A stretch of DNA of 63,924 nucleotides, the filler included, from Hyphochytrium catenoides (lineage: Eukaryota; Protista; Hyphochytriomycota): assembly GCA_900088475.1 (NCBI GenBank). It is 9 parts of 9 records of this genome, joined end to end, with 100 filler letters (N's around TTAATTAATTAA, not from the genome) between each part and the next. Parts side by side here need not be neighbours in the genome. Positions count along the whole stretch, not along the records: positions 22,864 to 32,443 come from FLMG01004147.1; positions 32,544 to 34,632 come from FLMG01000397.1; positions 34,733 to 37,261 come from FLMG01001964.1; 6 more parts are not named here. One strand, 5' to 3'. Shown here piece after piece: positions 23,919 through 35,586 of the stretch. A program made the translations under genes and the position numbers. Below the pieces are notes generated by a model, which made no database searches, was not told the DNA's origin, and was given only the letters and a program-made list of their open reading frames with translations. Every line of letters begins with the position of its first letter. Position 1 is the stretch's first letter.

Positions 23919-26208
23919 TCCACAACTTTCTCTACATCACGACGCTCTAGTAGCACCACCCGCATGTATGGAAACCCACTGCAGGCGCATTGTTTTTCCT
24001 TCATAGCCAGGCGCAATCTTGTTCCTTACTCCATTTCAGTGATGGTCGTTATGGTGCTTTCATACCGTTCGTCTTTTCCAGCTCGTACCGATCACTCATC
24101 ATTGATGGCTTCGAGGCCAACTGTCCATCCCCGTTCAACAAGTGAATCCACACACCTATCATTCGCCTATCGCTCATTGGCTTCTATCAAGAATAGGGAA
24201 GATTGATACCCGCTATCGGGTGGGAGGTCGCCGACGACCAGGGAACGAAAGGAGATTGACCTTTTCTTTAATCCTGCAGCGGCCAAAAGGTTAGTGTTAC
24301 CTGCTAGTCGCTGCTCAACAAGAAGCAGATAATTCAGCGTCACTTCTCTATGGATGGTATCTTGGAGGCACTGGCCAGTAATAACTGTCCCAGCTTTCTC
24401 CTTTCCTAGCACCGGCATGTCAAACTATCAGTCTTGATGGGAGCAGAATGGCAAGACGCCGCCGTCTTCTGCCTCATGCCTCTGCGAAGATGCACGACAC
24501 CCGTTCGAAGAGACACTTTGCTTATAAATAGTTGTTAGTTTAGAGCCGCGCTTGTGCCGGATCCTTTTCTAGGCTGCAGAATAGGCAAGCATTGAGTCAC
24601 ATTCCTCGTCAAAATTGTCTGGTTAAACAACCTAGTAGTTTGTTTGTCTGTCCGTACTCTACTGTCACTCTTGTTACTACTGGAGATGTACGGTATGAAG
24701 GACAGCGGCACGATCCAATGACTCTAGACTACCTTGGTTTGGTCCGTACATTTGGAGCCACTTCGTGGGCCTTCTTGTCTATAGAAACACAAGTTGACTT
24801 CATCGATAGTAATAATGTTGACAGAGACCAAGGGAGGCAGAGGTAGTTCTAATATATTAGAGGAAGGACAGGGTTCGGTCGTGCTCTCGGTCTGGCGGGT
24901 TGGCTAGTGTCCCGTATATATATACAGCCGATCTATTAATAATACCAACAACCTCTTCGGTTCTGGATCTGTGGGAGAGCAACTTCACGCTGGGCCGTCT
25001 CTAGCGAACAAAGAGCCCAACCTATAGTAGGTACCCAGCCTAGTACTGTTATTCCGGCGGCCGTGCTGTCGGAAAGATAACCTGGGAGGAAACTCCTGAT
25101 CTCCAACTAGAACTCATACTTTTTTTAAAAATGATTGATTGTGTGGGGCGTCTGGTGAAGCTTCAATGTGACCGCTCCGCTCTTGATGGTTCTCGGCATC
25201 ATGGTTCTCGGCATCTTGGTCCTTGGTCTCGCTTAGCTATGGGCCTACGCCTTCATACGCGAGTGTCTTTGGCCAATCACGAAGAAAATGCACCTCAAAT
25301 CTTGAAGCGCATTCCTCCTGAACAGCTGGACCCTTCTCTTGCTTGTCTCGCGACGGCTGAGCTCGACGGTGTTGACATGGTTGCTGGTGATGACTTGGTT
25401 GCTGATGATGACATGGTTGCTGGTGGTTCACCTCCTCCTCCTCCTTCTTCTCCGCTCATCATTACTGAGAAAATCAACTATGATTATTCTTTTACTGATG
25501 ATGAACAGGGAGCAGGTTCGAGCTGAGATGATGGAAGAGCCTAAGGCTTCTTAGCTTTTCTTCTCTTTTTCTTCCTCTTCTTCTTCTTCACTTTCTTCTT
25601 CTTCTAGATTAGTCTATTCCTTCTTCTCCTTCTTCTTTCTTCATCTTTTACTTCTTCTTTATAATAAATGAAAGTAGGGCACTATGAAGAAACGGACCAG
25701 TTCCAACGAAAAACGTCGACAGTGCTCTCTTCTTATAAAGGACTGTGACTCAGTTCTTCAGAAGAGTTACCCTAGGTGATCTATCACCATTGAACTACCT
25801 GCAAGTCGAACAAGGATGATGGTCGTCAAGAACAGAAGAGGAGTAAGCCCTTGTTGCTTCTTGTTGCCGTTCACATTGTTAGCTGCCGGCCGCAGTCCGC
25901 GATGCTAATTGATAGCTATTGACCTCGATGTCGAAGCAGCTGCGCGTCGGCGGGTGGTCCTCAAATAATTGTTCTTGTCCTTTCGCACTGTTCGCCGTCA
26001 CCCATAGTTGCGTCGCTTATTGACTATTTATCAGGCAGGCGCGGGCACCACCATCGCTCACCTCTATCTACAAGGTCGAGAAGGAAGATAAGTACTGCTG
26101 CCAAGCAAGGCATCACCTCAGTCTGCGAAGAAATAATAACTGTGCTGTCTTGCCAATCGCGAACTGGAAAGAATAGCTAGTCTTCATTCTTACTTCATTA
26201 TCGTTTGT

Positions 26209-26636
26209 ATGGTCTTCACGAATATCCAGGTGGTCTACATCCCTGTTAGTGATGTGGAACGCTCCATACAGTTCTATCAAAACTGCCTGGGAATGGTGAT
26301 AAAGGAAGATGAGAGCTTTAAGATTAGCCACTGCCTTGATGACTCTGCCGAGGAGGTCCAGGGGAAGAGGGCACGCTGGGTAGAGCTCGTCGCCACATTT
26401 ACTGATGACAAGGCCAGGATTGGGCTCTGCAGCATCAACTTCAACAAGGACCTGATACCAGGCAAGTTCAACGACGTCGTCACGTTTGACACCGAACGGA
26501 CGATCTTGAGGGCGATGTCCTTCGCCTAAAGGCCTTGGGCTTTGACGTCTCAAATCTCGAAGTACTGCCCGGGGGATTGCACACCTATGTCCATGACCCG
26601 GACGGTAACAAGATTTGGTTACTTCCCTTGAGCTGA
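26209..26636 (+). pseudogene. Glyoxalase/bleomycin-resistance (VOC) family gene with a frameshift at about 26491-26497
   Basis: The N-half (VYIPVSDVERSIQFYQNCLG...RWVEL) is a typical VOC start. The shifted frame continues DDLEGDVLRLKALGFDV...YVHDPDGNKIWL* with the DPDGN signature. Deleting ACCGA restores FDTDDLE and gives 140 aa. Confidence 0.85.
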
Positions 26637-27439
26637 AGAGATGGGCGTCCCACTAGGCTCAGATTTATGATGAAGGAAGAATCACTCGCTAAGTGTCCTC
26701 TTATGTTATGGATGGGTCATTTGCTTTCTTCTGGGGCTGTTGTTTCTCCAATGAGGCATCGGTACCATCCTCTTTAGCTTGAGGAGCGCTCGCCGTCTTT
26801 TGGCAGATATAAAGTCCCCTTAATGCCTCTACTGCTCCCGCTCTTTGTCACAAGGTTTGGCTAGAGCTGTAGTTGATTGTCTGTGTGGCAACAGTTGCTT
26901 GAAGCAGCAACCAACAATGGAAGAGCTTCTTGATAATCCATAGTCTGGGAAGGGATAACTTTGCGCTGTAACCGTCTCATCAAAATTGACAGCAGTGTCT
27001 TGGCGCACCTAGCTACTGAATACTAGTCAGCACTGACCAAGGCCCACAACAGCGTTGCACCACAAGTAAGAAGAGTGCCAGCGACATCATAGAAGACGAT
27101 GACTGGAACGTGAAAGAGAGGAGAAGGTGGGGGCTTCCCCTTCTTTCTAAAAGGGCACCGATTTCATCAAAGATGTTTACCACGACAGTTAGCAGGAGCC
27201 ATCTTGAGACCACTTGCAATTGGACAGCTAGAGCGTCGAGAAGGGTGAGCCATCAGAGGTCATAAAGAGCTGCTGATTACTGAGACGAGAGGATGAGAAC
27301 AGGAGCACACCTCGACTGGACAAACGGGATGTGTCTTGACGCTGTTTTCTAGGTAGTTGGAGGTTCTAAGGATGGAGTAAGAAAGTACCTACGATTGAAT
27401 CTTTGCGAGTGATTCGAGGCAAGCGGGTTCTCACAACCT

Positions 27440-28900
27440 TCAATGTAACTGAACTCTACTGTTGTCTTCAGACCCTGCTGTCCAGTGGGGTTTAGTCGTC
27501 GTAGGTAGGTCACCATGAACCTCGCTTTGAGTCCTCTTCCTCTTTCTGGGCCTGCGTCGACCAGCTCCAACTCTACGCTGTGGCCGTGCCCACGTCGCAA
27601 GATGCCAAAGATCACCTAGAAGGAATGTGCCTATGATATTGCAGACATCGGACGAGAGTCCCCTCCATTGGCCTAAGACACGGACGTCGGCTGCGGGCGT
27701 TTTGAAATCTTCTTGACTCCACGCACAGACTAGAGCAGATGCAGCCACATCTTCTGCTATCGCTTCGTAGACTGTACTCATGGCCACCGCTCCTACTTGA
27801 AGATCCCAAGCTCTGAGTGACCCGTCTCTACAGACAGCCACCACCTTTTGTGAGTCTGGTGTCACGGCTACAACGGTTGCAAGCCTGGTAGTGTCGTAAG
27901 TAGGCCACTGGCTCGGACTACAATCTAAATCTGGCTCTCGATAACCCAGCAGTATCTCCAAGTCCCGAGTCCAGGTCCTTGGGTCATATACGATGATAGG
28001 CCCAGAAGAGGAGATGACCTGTCTCCCGTCCGGCGTGAAGATGATAGGCTCGCGCAAGGAGGTATCTAATAGGCCCTGGTCATGTAGGGTGGCCTCAAGT
28101 CTGCCAGTGCGGAGGTTCCATACTTGCCCACTCTCTTCTCCATAGAACCCAGTAAGGCTTTCTCCGGTGGAAAGCAGATGTTCGCCGTCTGGAGTCAATG
28201 CAAACCGATAACAGACTTGCTCAACCTCAAGAGGAGCAAGGAAAAAGCACTTTGCCATGGCTTCCTCAGACAATGCGGGGATGGTTAGGTCTAGCAGTGC
28301 ATATCGGAGTCCATCGAGTCCGTCACCATATGCACATACGAGAGACCCTCCATCAGGGGTCACCATCAAATCGGATGGGTAAAAGGGCAAACGTACCGTT
28401 CTCTGCCGCTGCAAAGTTCCGAGGTCCCAGAGTGTCGCGCTAAGGAAATCATTCGGTGATTGCTTATGACGGTCTGTGTACCGAGAGCTACTCATGAGTC
28501 TTGAGACACCTGTCTTTCTATTTGGAAGTAAAAGGAAATCCACCCATTCACCCATATCAGAGCAATAGTCAACAGCTTCTAGCTGACCTTCACAGGCACC
28601 TGTCATAAGGTTCCATACTCTAACGGCCGTGTCACCGACAGCCGTTGAAAATAGCCTGGTATGGTCCGGGGAGACAACCAAGCGGCGAATGGCAGGGGAC
28701 ATGTGGCGCTTGGCGAGCTTCTTCACCTGCTGCCGGTGGTGGTGCCTCGCACCTGCTTCCCTGGTCGTGGCCTGATGTGCACTCCTTCGACCTTTCTTCT
28801 TTGCATCATGGTGATGACGGGTCAGCTTACGAATGCACTGTCCCGTTCGCATATCAAACAGCCTGATGAAGCCTCTCGAATCGCCTAGAACTATGATCAT
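27440..28900 (-). CDS. WD40-repeat protein, 486 aa, intronless
   Basis: Repeated WD-type units (GFIRLFDMRTGQC, VSPDHTRLFS..DTAVRVWNLMTGAC, ALTPDGEHLLS...QVWNLRTGRL, VTPDSQKVVAVCRDGSLRAWDL) and a basic NLS-like tail (RRRPRKRKR). Confidence 0.85.
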   Translation of the reverse strand: MIIVLGDSRGFIRLFDMRTGQCIRKLTRHHHDAKKKGRRSAHQATTREAGARHHHRQQVKKLAKRHMSPAIRRLVVSPDHTRLFSTAVGDTAVRVWNLMTGACEGQLEAVDYCSDMGEWVDFLLLPNRKTGVSRLMSSSRYTDRHKQSPNDFLSATLWDLGTLQRQRTVRLPFYPSDLMVTPDGGSLVCAYGDGLDGLRYALLDLTIPALSEEAMAKCFFLAPLEVEQVCYRFALTPDGEHLLSTGESLTGFYGEESGQVWNLRTGRLEATLHDQGLLDTSLREPIIFTPDGRQVISSSGPIIVYDPRTWTRDLEILLGYREPDLDCSPSQWPTYDTTRLATVVAVTPDSQKVVAVCRDGSLRAWDLQVGAVAMSTVYEAIAEDVAASALVCAWSQEDFKTPAADVRVLGQWRGLSSDVCNIIGTFLLGDLWHLATWARPQRRVGAGRRRPRKRKRTQSEVHGDLPTTTKPHWTAGSEDNSRVQLH

Positions 28901-29402
28901 GCTTCTTCGTTTCTTGCCTTATTCTGTTGCAATCCTCCGCCGAAGTCAGGTCTGAGAAGAGTCACTCAGTGGGAGAATAGTACCATGATACAATCAGAGT
29001 GGATGCTAGACTCTTGGAGCTGCATGAGCCAGACTAAGGGTAACCCTTTTCTGATAGTGATGGTGCTGCTGGCCGCAGCGTTGTTGGTGCGCCGCCACCC
29101 GCTCACTTTGTGCCCTTCTTCCCCCATGAAGACATGGACGGAAGAGCTGCTTCTGTGACCATCACTCACGCGCTGTCATGATAGCTTGGAGAATTACGGA
29201 AATATCAAGCATCTTGATGTGAAGTAACTCTTCTTATCAAGTCTATCAGGTTATATGTAGGGTGTGCTGCACTGTCTCAACGCTAGTAACAGCGGCAGCA
29301 CGAAGATATGTGGCTGGAGAAGTGAGGTTGGTTTTGGTCAACTTTTTCTGAAAAGGAGATTTCTGCTTGAATTGTTTTCGGGAGTGAATGTGAGTGCTCG
29401 TT

Positions 29403-29728
29403 GTTAGCAGGAGGAAGAAGAATGAGTGCGCAGAGGCACTGGGATGGATCAAATGAGAAGAATGGTGGCCAAATGGTACGAGTAGTAGTAGTTCCTAGGT
29501 GAGAAGACAGACCGCGCAGTTAGTAGGAGGAAGAAGAATGAGTGCGCAGAGGCACTGGGATGGATCGGGAGATGGGAAGAATGGTCGCCAAATTTTGGTA
29601 GTAGGTGAGAAGACAGACCGCGCAGTTAGCAGGAAGAAGAATGAGTGCTGGCAGCGCAGAGGCACTAAGATGGATCAAGAGGTGGGAAGAATGGTGGTCA
29701 TATGGTAGTAGGTGAGGACAGAAAGCGC
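29403..29728. repeat. Tandem repeat, 3 copies of an approximately 105-115-bp unit
   Basis: GTTAG(C/T)AGGA(GGA)AGAAGAATGAGTGC..CAGAGGCACT..GATGGATC...GAAGAATGGT...GTAGGTGAG..GACAGA recurs at about 29403, 29519 and 29625. Confidence 0.9.
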
Positions 29729-30928
29729 TCCTACTAGGTATTGTATGAGGATAGAAGAGTGAGGAGAGCTATTGTCACAGCTATTGGAGGCGGCAGATTG
29801 TTATGATGGTAGGAGGGCGGCAACAGCAGCTATCATGGAAGTTGAATTGATGTTGCAGATCATCGGTGATACTGCAGCAAATGGTGAAGGTAAAGTAGTG
29901 TTGATATAAGCCGTCACTGCCAACTGTTGACCATGTGGCGCTTCTTGAACAATGGAAATCTTGGAAATGAGGGTGGTCATTTGGGATCAACGGAAAGGAA
30001 TGCTGCAGATTGGCCTATTGGTGGTTGCTCTCTCAAGAAGCTAAACAGGGGACGGACATGACCAGCTGCATGGCCTTAGACCCTTCTGGACTGATGAAGA
30101 GAGTACTAAGGCCAGCATTCTAACGACTGTGCTATTAGAAAGACTACTTCGTGCACAGAGAACATCTGATAGACAGGACCTGTGATGGGTGCCAGCCTTT
30201 CCACGACGAGGCTGATAGTGCGCCACTACGTGAACGGTCCTTACCACCCATTGACTGTTCCTCCGCAATAGGTGTCTGAAGAAGCTCACTCCTCAAGAGT
30301 CGCTACCTTATAAACTAGGAAAGAAAGAAGAACCAAAGAGAGATCTTATTGTGTGCTTCGTTCTCTTCCCTTCGTCTGCATTGAAGAGCAAAGGCGGGAG
30401 ACCCTTGTGATAGATGCTTAATAACTCGCTCGGATTGGGAAGAAGACAGACCCTGGAGGTTCCATCGCTCAGCTGTTGTACTGTTAGTCAGGGAAAGGGT
30501 ATCATCGCTCTTCCCTCCTCCTGATCGCATCGTCCTTCACCGCAGAATTCTTTCACTCGCATTTAGCGACTACCTGCAATGTTGTCAGCTACTAAGGTTC
30601 TGACGACGGTAACGTGACAGAGAGACCGTTAAGATGCGTTATTTGGAACTTTTATTGAAGGTATTTAGACCCCAACATATGTCCAACGACTCGAGTGACG
30701 CTAACCCTGCTCTGTCTGTACTCAGCACGACAGCGGCGCGCCGACGACATGGTAGACCTTTACTGAGGATCGTCTTCTGCAAATGATTATCCATACAAGC
30801 TCTCTAACCAAGTCTGGCTGAGCGGTAAGGGCAGCGCTTTGCTGAAAGAAAGGGATAATGATCGCTGCAGAGGAAGAGACTATGGTGCTCTCTCTGCAGA
30901 TCAGTCACAAGTCTTCTATATCGCTGGC

Positions 30929-31722
30929 TTACTCATTATGGGTGACGACGATATGTCTGAGCACCGTGGCCGGCACCCCAGATTGGTTGTTGCCAAGTAT
31001 GTCCACAAAGGGTTGTGCCACGTTTGATAGCGCCGCATACATCGTTGAAAGGGGCAACACCTTGGCTGCCTCCTTTATAAACACTGCACTAGCTTCACTG
31101 ACGCCGCCCACTATGACGGCCTCTGGCTTCTGATCAGAGTGGTTTGCTTTATATTGAAGGGCAGCACTAATGTTGCTCGTGCCTCTGTGATAGCGGCCTT
31201 CGGTATGTAGGCGCAAGTTATTGGAGTCTAATGCCAACATAAGTCCCTCTCGACAGGCCTCCCCAAATGAGTCATTTTGCATCAGAAGTGCTATTCTTTT
31301 GATCTTCTTTACGTTGATCAGATATTCAACCACCGTTGCCGTCTCATCCAAATAGGATGGCCTTAAGTTGACGATATGCTTGCTAAAGGGCTTACTGAGG
31401 AAAGGGGCTCCGTTAGGACACCAATAAAAGGATAACCGCCCGCAGTAATTGATGGTAAGGCAGCTTCTGCCGTCGCTGTACCAAGCCATCCTATCATTGC
31501 AAAGATATCACTCCGGTTGCTTAGGGCTTCTGCGTATTGCCTAGCTTTGGCGGGAAGATACTGATCGTCATACGACTCCAGTCTAAGGACAAGCCAGGGA
31601 TCGCCGCGGTGACATTTGCCTCGTAGAAAGCGGCCTCAAGACCATAATAGCGGATGCCAAAGCCTCTAGAAGAGAGTTGACCACTCTGCGCAGAAGCCTG
31701 CGCAGAGATGATGGTTGCATTT
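30929..31722 (-). pseudogene. Type-1 periplasmic-binding-protein-like (LIV/ANF-receptor ligand-binding) domain with at least two frameshifts (about 31587 and 31411) and downstream stops
   Basis: Reconstructed translation: QASAQSGQLSSRGFGIRYYGLEAAFYEAN...IPG.../RLESYDDQYLPAKA...DIFAMIGWLGTATAEAALP...YPFIGVLT/GAPFLSKPFSKHIVNLRPSYLDET...RIALLMQNDSFG...GRYHRGT...PEAVIVGG. This matches the PBP1 ABC ligand-binding pattern. Confidence 0.8.
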
Positions 31723-34071
31723 AAGCCGCAGACGTTGGATCCGAACAGGGCGGGTGGTGAGGAGCCAAGTGCCTACTGACAATGGTGGACACGTCAGCAT
31801 CATTGACAGCCGTGCTGCAGATAGATATTGCAGCCACATTTTGCCACTAGAGGAAGCGGGCCTTCTGAGTCCTTCGTTGTCGGCTCAGGATCGTATGATA
31901 CCAACTACTACTCGAAGCGCCGACAAGGCGGGCGTGAAGTTTTACGAGTGAACGGCAATGGTGATTGACATTGACCTTGTTTTTATCTGTTTAGTCCACA
32001 TACCAGACGGAGGTCAAGCCATGTCATGCACCAGGATTCAGGGCTACTTTCTCTACTTCTCTCTCTCTCTCTTCTGGAGCGCTCTGTTGCGCGCTCCAGC
32101 TAAGTACATGACGAGTCGAAGTTGCGGTTAGTACCTCCCAGCTATCCTTAGCTTATAAGGAAGCATCGTCTCCTACAAGGGACTCTACAAATGGTGGAGA
32201 GGAGGCTTAGTAGCGACAACATAGCCAAGGGAGTCCATTACAGGTTCTGCAGTCTTATTTCTCTTCCAAAGAGAACAGCCTTTTTATGAAGTCTAACATG
32301 AGCTACAGTTCCCTCTTCTTCACAACTGAAGGGCTTGGCACTAAACGCCCAGCTGTTCGTTGCATCCTCACCCATTATCATCATCAGGGAAAAGTGATCA
32401 CTGTAAAACGTATCTCGGGTTTACCCAAAGTTTCCTTCAAGGTNNNNNNNNNNNNNNNNNNNNNNNNNNNNNNNNNNNNNNNNNNNNTTAATTAATTAAN
32501 NNNNNNNNNNNNNNNNNNNNNNNNNNNNNNNNNNNNNNNNNNNTCGCCCTCAGCTCTGCCTGCGCCTTCACGCTCACCAGTAAAGGATGAACGACGGGGA
32601 GGTGAACGAACCACCACCACCAACAATAATGTCATCGCCATCACGCTGGACCGCCGCAAGGCAAGCAAGAGGAAAGGCCCACAAACATTATACTCAAAAA
32701 ACGTTTATAACAATAATGTTCTCTCATTCCTATAAATGATCAAAGAAGAAAAAGGCCTATTATTTCCAAAGTGAGGTTCTCTTCAACGAAGTTCTACGAG
32801 GGCTATTTGTACCACAGTTTTTCCACACGGAACGACTCAATTTATACAGATTAGGGGCAAAAAAGAAAAGGCGGCCAAGGGCCCACACGACACGCGACAG
32901 CGGGGCCTGTTATTTATCATATAGCCAGAACGACACAAGAAGAGTCGATTGTTGTGGACATCCTCCTGCAGTAGTAATATCCAACGTACAAACCTAGATC
33001 ACACTATCTTGATCGATAATAGCCACGAGTTCCTGAAAAGTTGCGGGTAGCCGGTAACGGCTATCTTCTGAAACACCCTCACCTAATAATAAGCCGCCAT
33101 CTCCTTTACCTCCTATACAAGTTTGAGTACCTTACCTAATCCTGCACCGCCACTAATTCTCAGTGATTTTGATCTCGAGAAGGGAAGAGACACTGCCGCC
33201 TTCCCCCCGATCCTGAGAGCCCATCAGGCGTTCTCTCTCTCCCTCTCTCTNNNNNNNNNNNNNNNNNNNNNNNNNNNNNNNNNNNNNNNNNNNNNNNNNN
33301 NNNNNNNNNNNNNNNNNNNTCTCTCTCTCTCTCTTCTCCTTCTCTGTATCCTCTTTGTGTGTGTCTCTCCCAATGTGTTTCTCTCTCCTCTCCTCTCTGT
33401 TACTCTCTCTGCCATGTCTTGTCTTCGCTTTCAGTCCTCGGCTTGCCTGTTGCCTACCTTCCTCTCTCTGTCACTCTGTCACTCTCTCTTCTCTCTCTCT
33501 CTTGCTCCGCTCTCTTCTCGTTTTACTCACTTCCTCTCCGCTCTCCCCTTATGTTTCTCTTCCCTCCCTCTTCTCTCTCTCTCTCTCTCACTCCGCTCTT
33601 CCTCTCCCTCCCTCTCTTCCTCTCTTTCCACATATCATGGCAGTTCTGGTCTCCACGTTGCCCTTACCCAATCCATTGGTTTTCAGGTCTTATTTTCTCT
33701 GTAAGACACACTTCATCATTCCTCACAGTGCGCCGCCTCTTTACCCATTATCGGCTTTTCCTTCCTCCTCCAGAACCTGAGGTGAATATCTGCCAACCTT
33801 CAAAGACACAAACCTCGAGGCCTTTCTCTCTTTTTCTCCTGGCTGTGCAACGTGAAAGACTGCAGCTCAGCCTTGTAAGGAAGAGGTCTCTTTATCTCCT
33901 TTCACTCTCCTGCCTGTACATCGTGCACTGAAACAGGAGCATTTCTCTCTTTCTCTTCTCTAGGAAAAGCTGTGACCACTCTCGCTCGGTAACCATTTTT
34001 CAATCTCTTCTCTGTCTCTCTCTCTATCGTCTCTTGTGCCTCTACTTGCCAAGAGGCTCTATGTTGGCAAT

Positions 34072-34632
34072 ATGACACGAAAAACACTGTTGCTTCTCTC
34101 TCTCTCTCTTCTCTGTTGCTCTCCTCTGACTATTGCTCAGATCCTTCCTCCCATTGAGATTCCTGGACCACCCGCTCCCACGTCTCTCTCCCCTCCGCCG
34201 CCTCCTCCCCNNNNNNNNNNNNNNNNNNNNNNNNNNNNNNNNCTGCAGCTTCCCCTCCTCCTCCACCACCGCCTCCTCCTCCACCACCGCCTCCTCCTCC
34301 TGCTCCGGAACCTGCTCCGAATGAATCTTCTCCCTCTCCGACTCTCTCTCCTTCTCCATCTCCCTCTCTCTCTCCCTCCACAGACACACCAGGGACAGGA
34401 CCGCCATCGACACTCTCTCCCCCTGCACCCACTTCATCCCCGGGAACTGCTCCATCATCAGCTTCTTCTCCCTCTCCAAAACCGAGAGAGAGAACCACGT
34501 CTCTCCCTTCTAAACAAGGCAGAGATGGCTCTTCTTCTCTCTCTCCCGACACTTCTCTCTCTCCTTCTTCCTCTCCTGAGGACGCCACAGGGGCCGGCGC
34601 GTCCGAAGAATCAAAAGGAAAATCAAAGTTTC
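34072..34632 (+). CDS. Secreted or surface proline/serine-rich (extensin/mucin-like) protein, partial
   Basis: Signal-peptide-like start MTRKTLLLLSLSLLCCSPLTIA followed by PPIEIPGPPAPTSLSPPPPPP. After the N-run a poly-Pro/SPSP frame continues (AASPPPPPPPP...APEPAPNESSPSPTLSPSPSP) to the contig end. Confidence 0.6.
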
Positions 34633-35545
34633 NNNNNNNNNNNNNNNNNNNNNNNNNNNNNNNNNNNNNNNNNNNNTTAATTAATTAANNNNNNNNNNNN
34701 NNNNNNNNNNNNNNNNNNNNNNNNNNNNNNNNCTCTCTCTCTCTCTCTCTCTTTCTCTTTCTCTTTCCTTCCTCTGTCTCTCTCTCGCGCGCCTCTCTCA
34801 CCATTGTGCCTTGTCGCCTCCATTCCTCCTCTTTTCTTTTCTCTCTTTTCTCCCTCTCTCCTCTTCTTTTTTGAGACTTCTTACCTTGAAGAGTGACAAA
34901 TATTGAGAGGCAGAGGAGGATATAAGAACTGTGGAGAGGAAGAGGGAAGCAAAGAGAGAGAGAGAGAGAAAGCACAAGCGGAGGGAAACACACAGGGAGA
35001 AGGAGATGTCCTTGCTGGGCGACCTGTAGAACGTCCAGGTAGTCGGAAATCAATAATCTTGCACGCACAGCATCGAGCCTACACTAGCAGCAACCTGATA
35101 AGCATCCTCACGCCTGTCGCTTGCGATAGTTCTTATCCTTCTCCCTCTTTCTCTCCCTCTCTTTCTCTCTCTCTTTCGCTGATGTCTTTTCATGGCCTAT
35201 CATAGTGCAGCTTCGTCTTTCTTCATTCTCTCTTTCTCTCTCGTGGAAGGTGACACTGACACAACANNNNNNNNNNNNNNNNNNNNNNNNNNNNNNNNNN
35301 NNNNNNNNNNNNNNNNNNNNNNNNTCTCTCTCTCCTCTCACTCTTCAGTCTCTTTTTATCAACAGAATTCGGTTTTATTCGCTTCTCTGTGCTGTCCACA
35401 AGGTCCATCAAGCATTCCGTACACCTCTCCTCCTTCTCCGACGAGTCGGTGTCCCCTCTATTTCTTCATCCTCCTCGAGAGAACTACAGTCCCTCCCTCT
35501 TTCTTTGTGTTCTCTGAGAACTGCACTTGGCGCTCTTTTCCTAAT

Positions 35546-35547
35546 CT

Positions 35548-35586
<39 letters not shown>

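Noticed and set aside
29403-29728. CRISPR-like repeat-spacer array
   Set aside because: Inter-motif segments are homologous between units, so this is a plain tandem repeat in a eukaryotic context.
7352-31722. Alternative genetic code or systematic programmed frameshifting to explain the broken genes
   Set aside because: Intact genes end in TAA, TAG and TGA and use TGG for conserved Trp. The lesions differ in type (+1, +5, -1, nonsense) and share no slippery motif.
32794-32806. TACGAGGGCTAT resembling a mariner TIR start
   Set aside because: Only about 12 bp, with no matching inverted copy or transposase seen in the contig.
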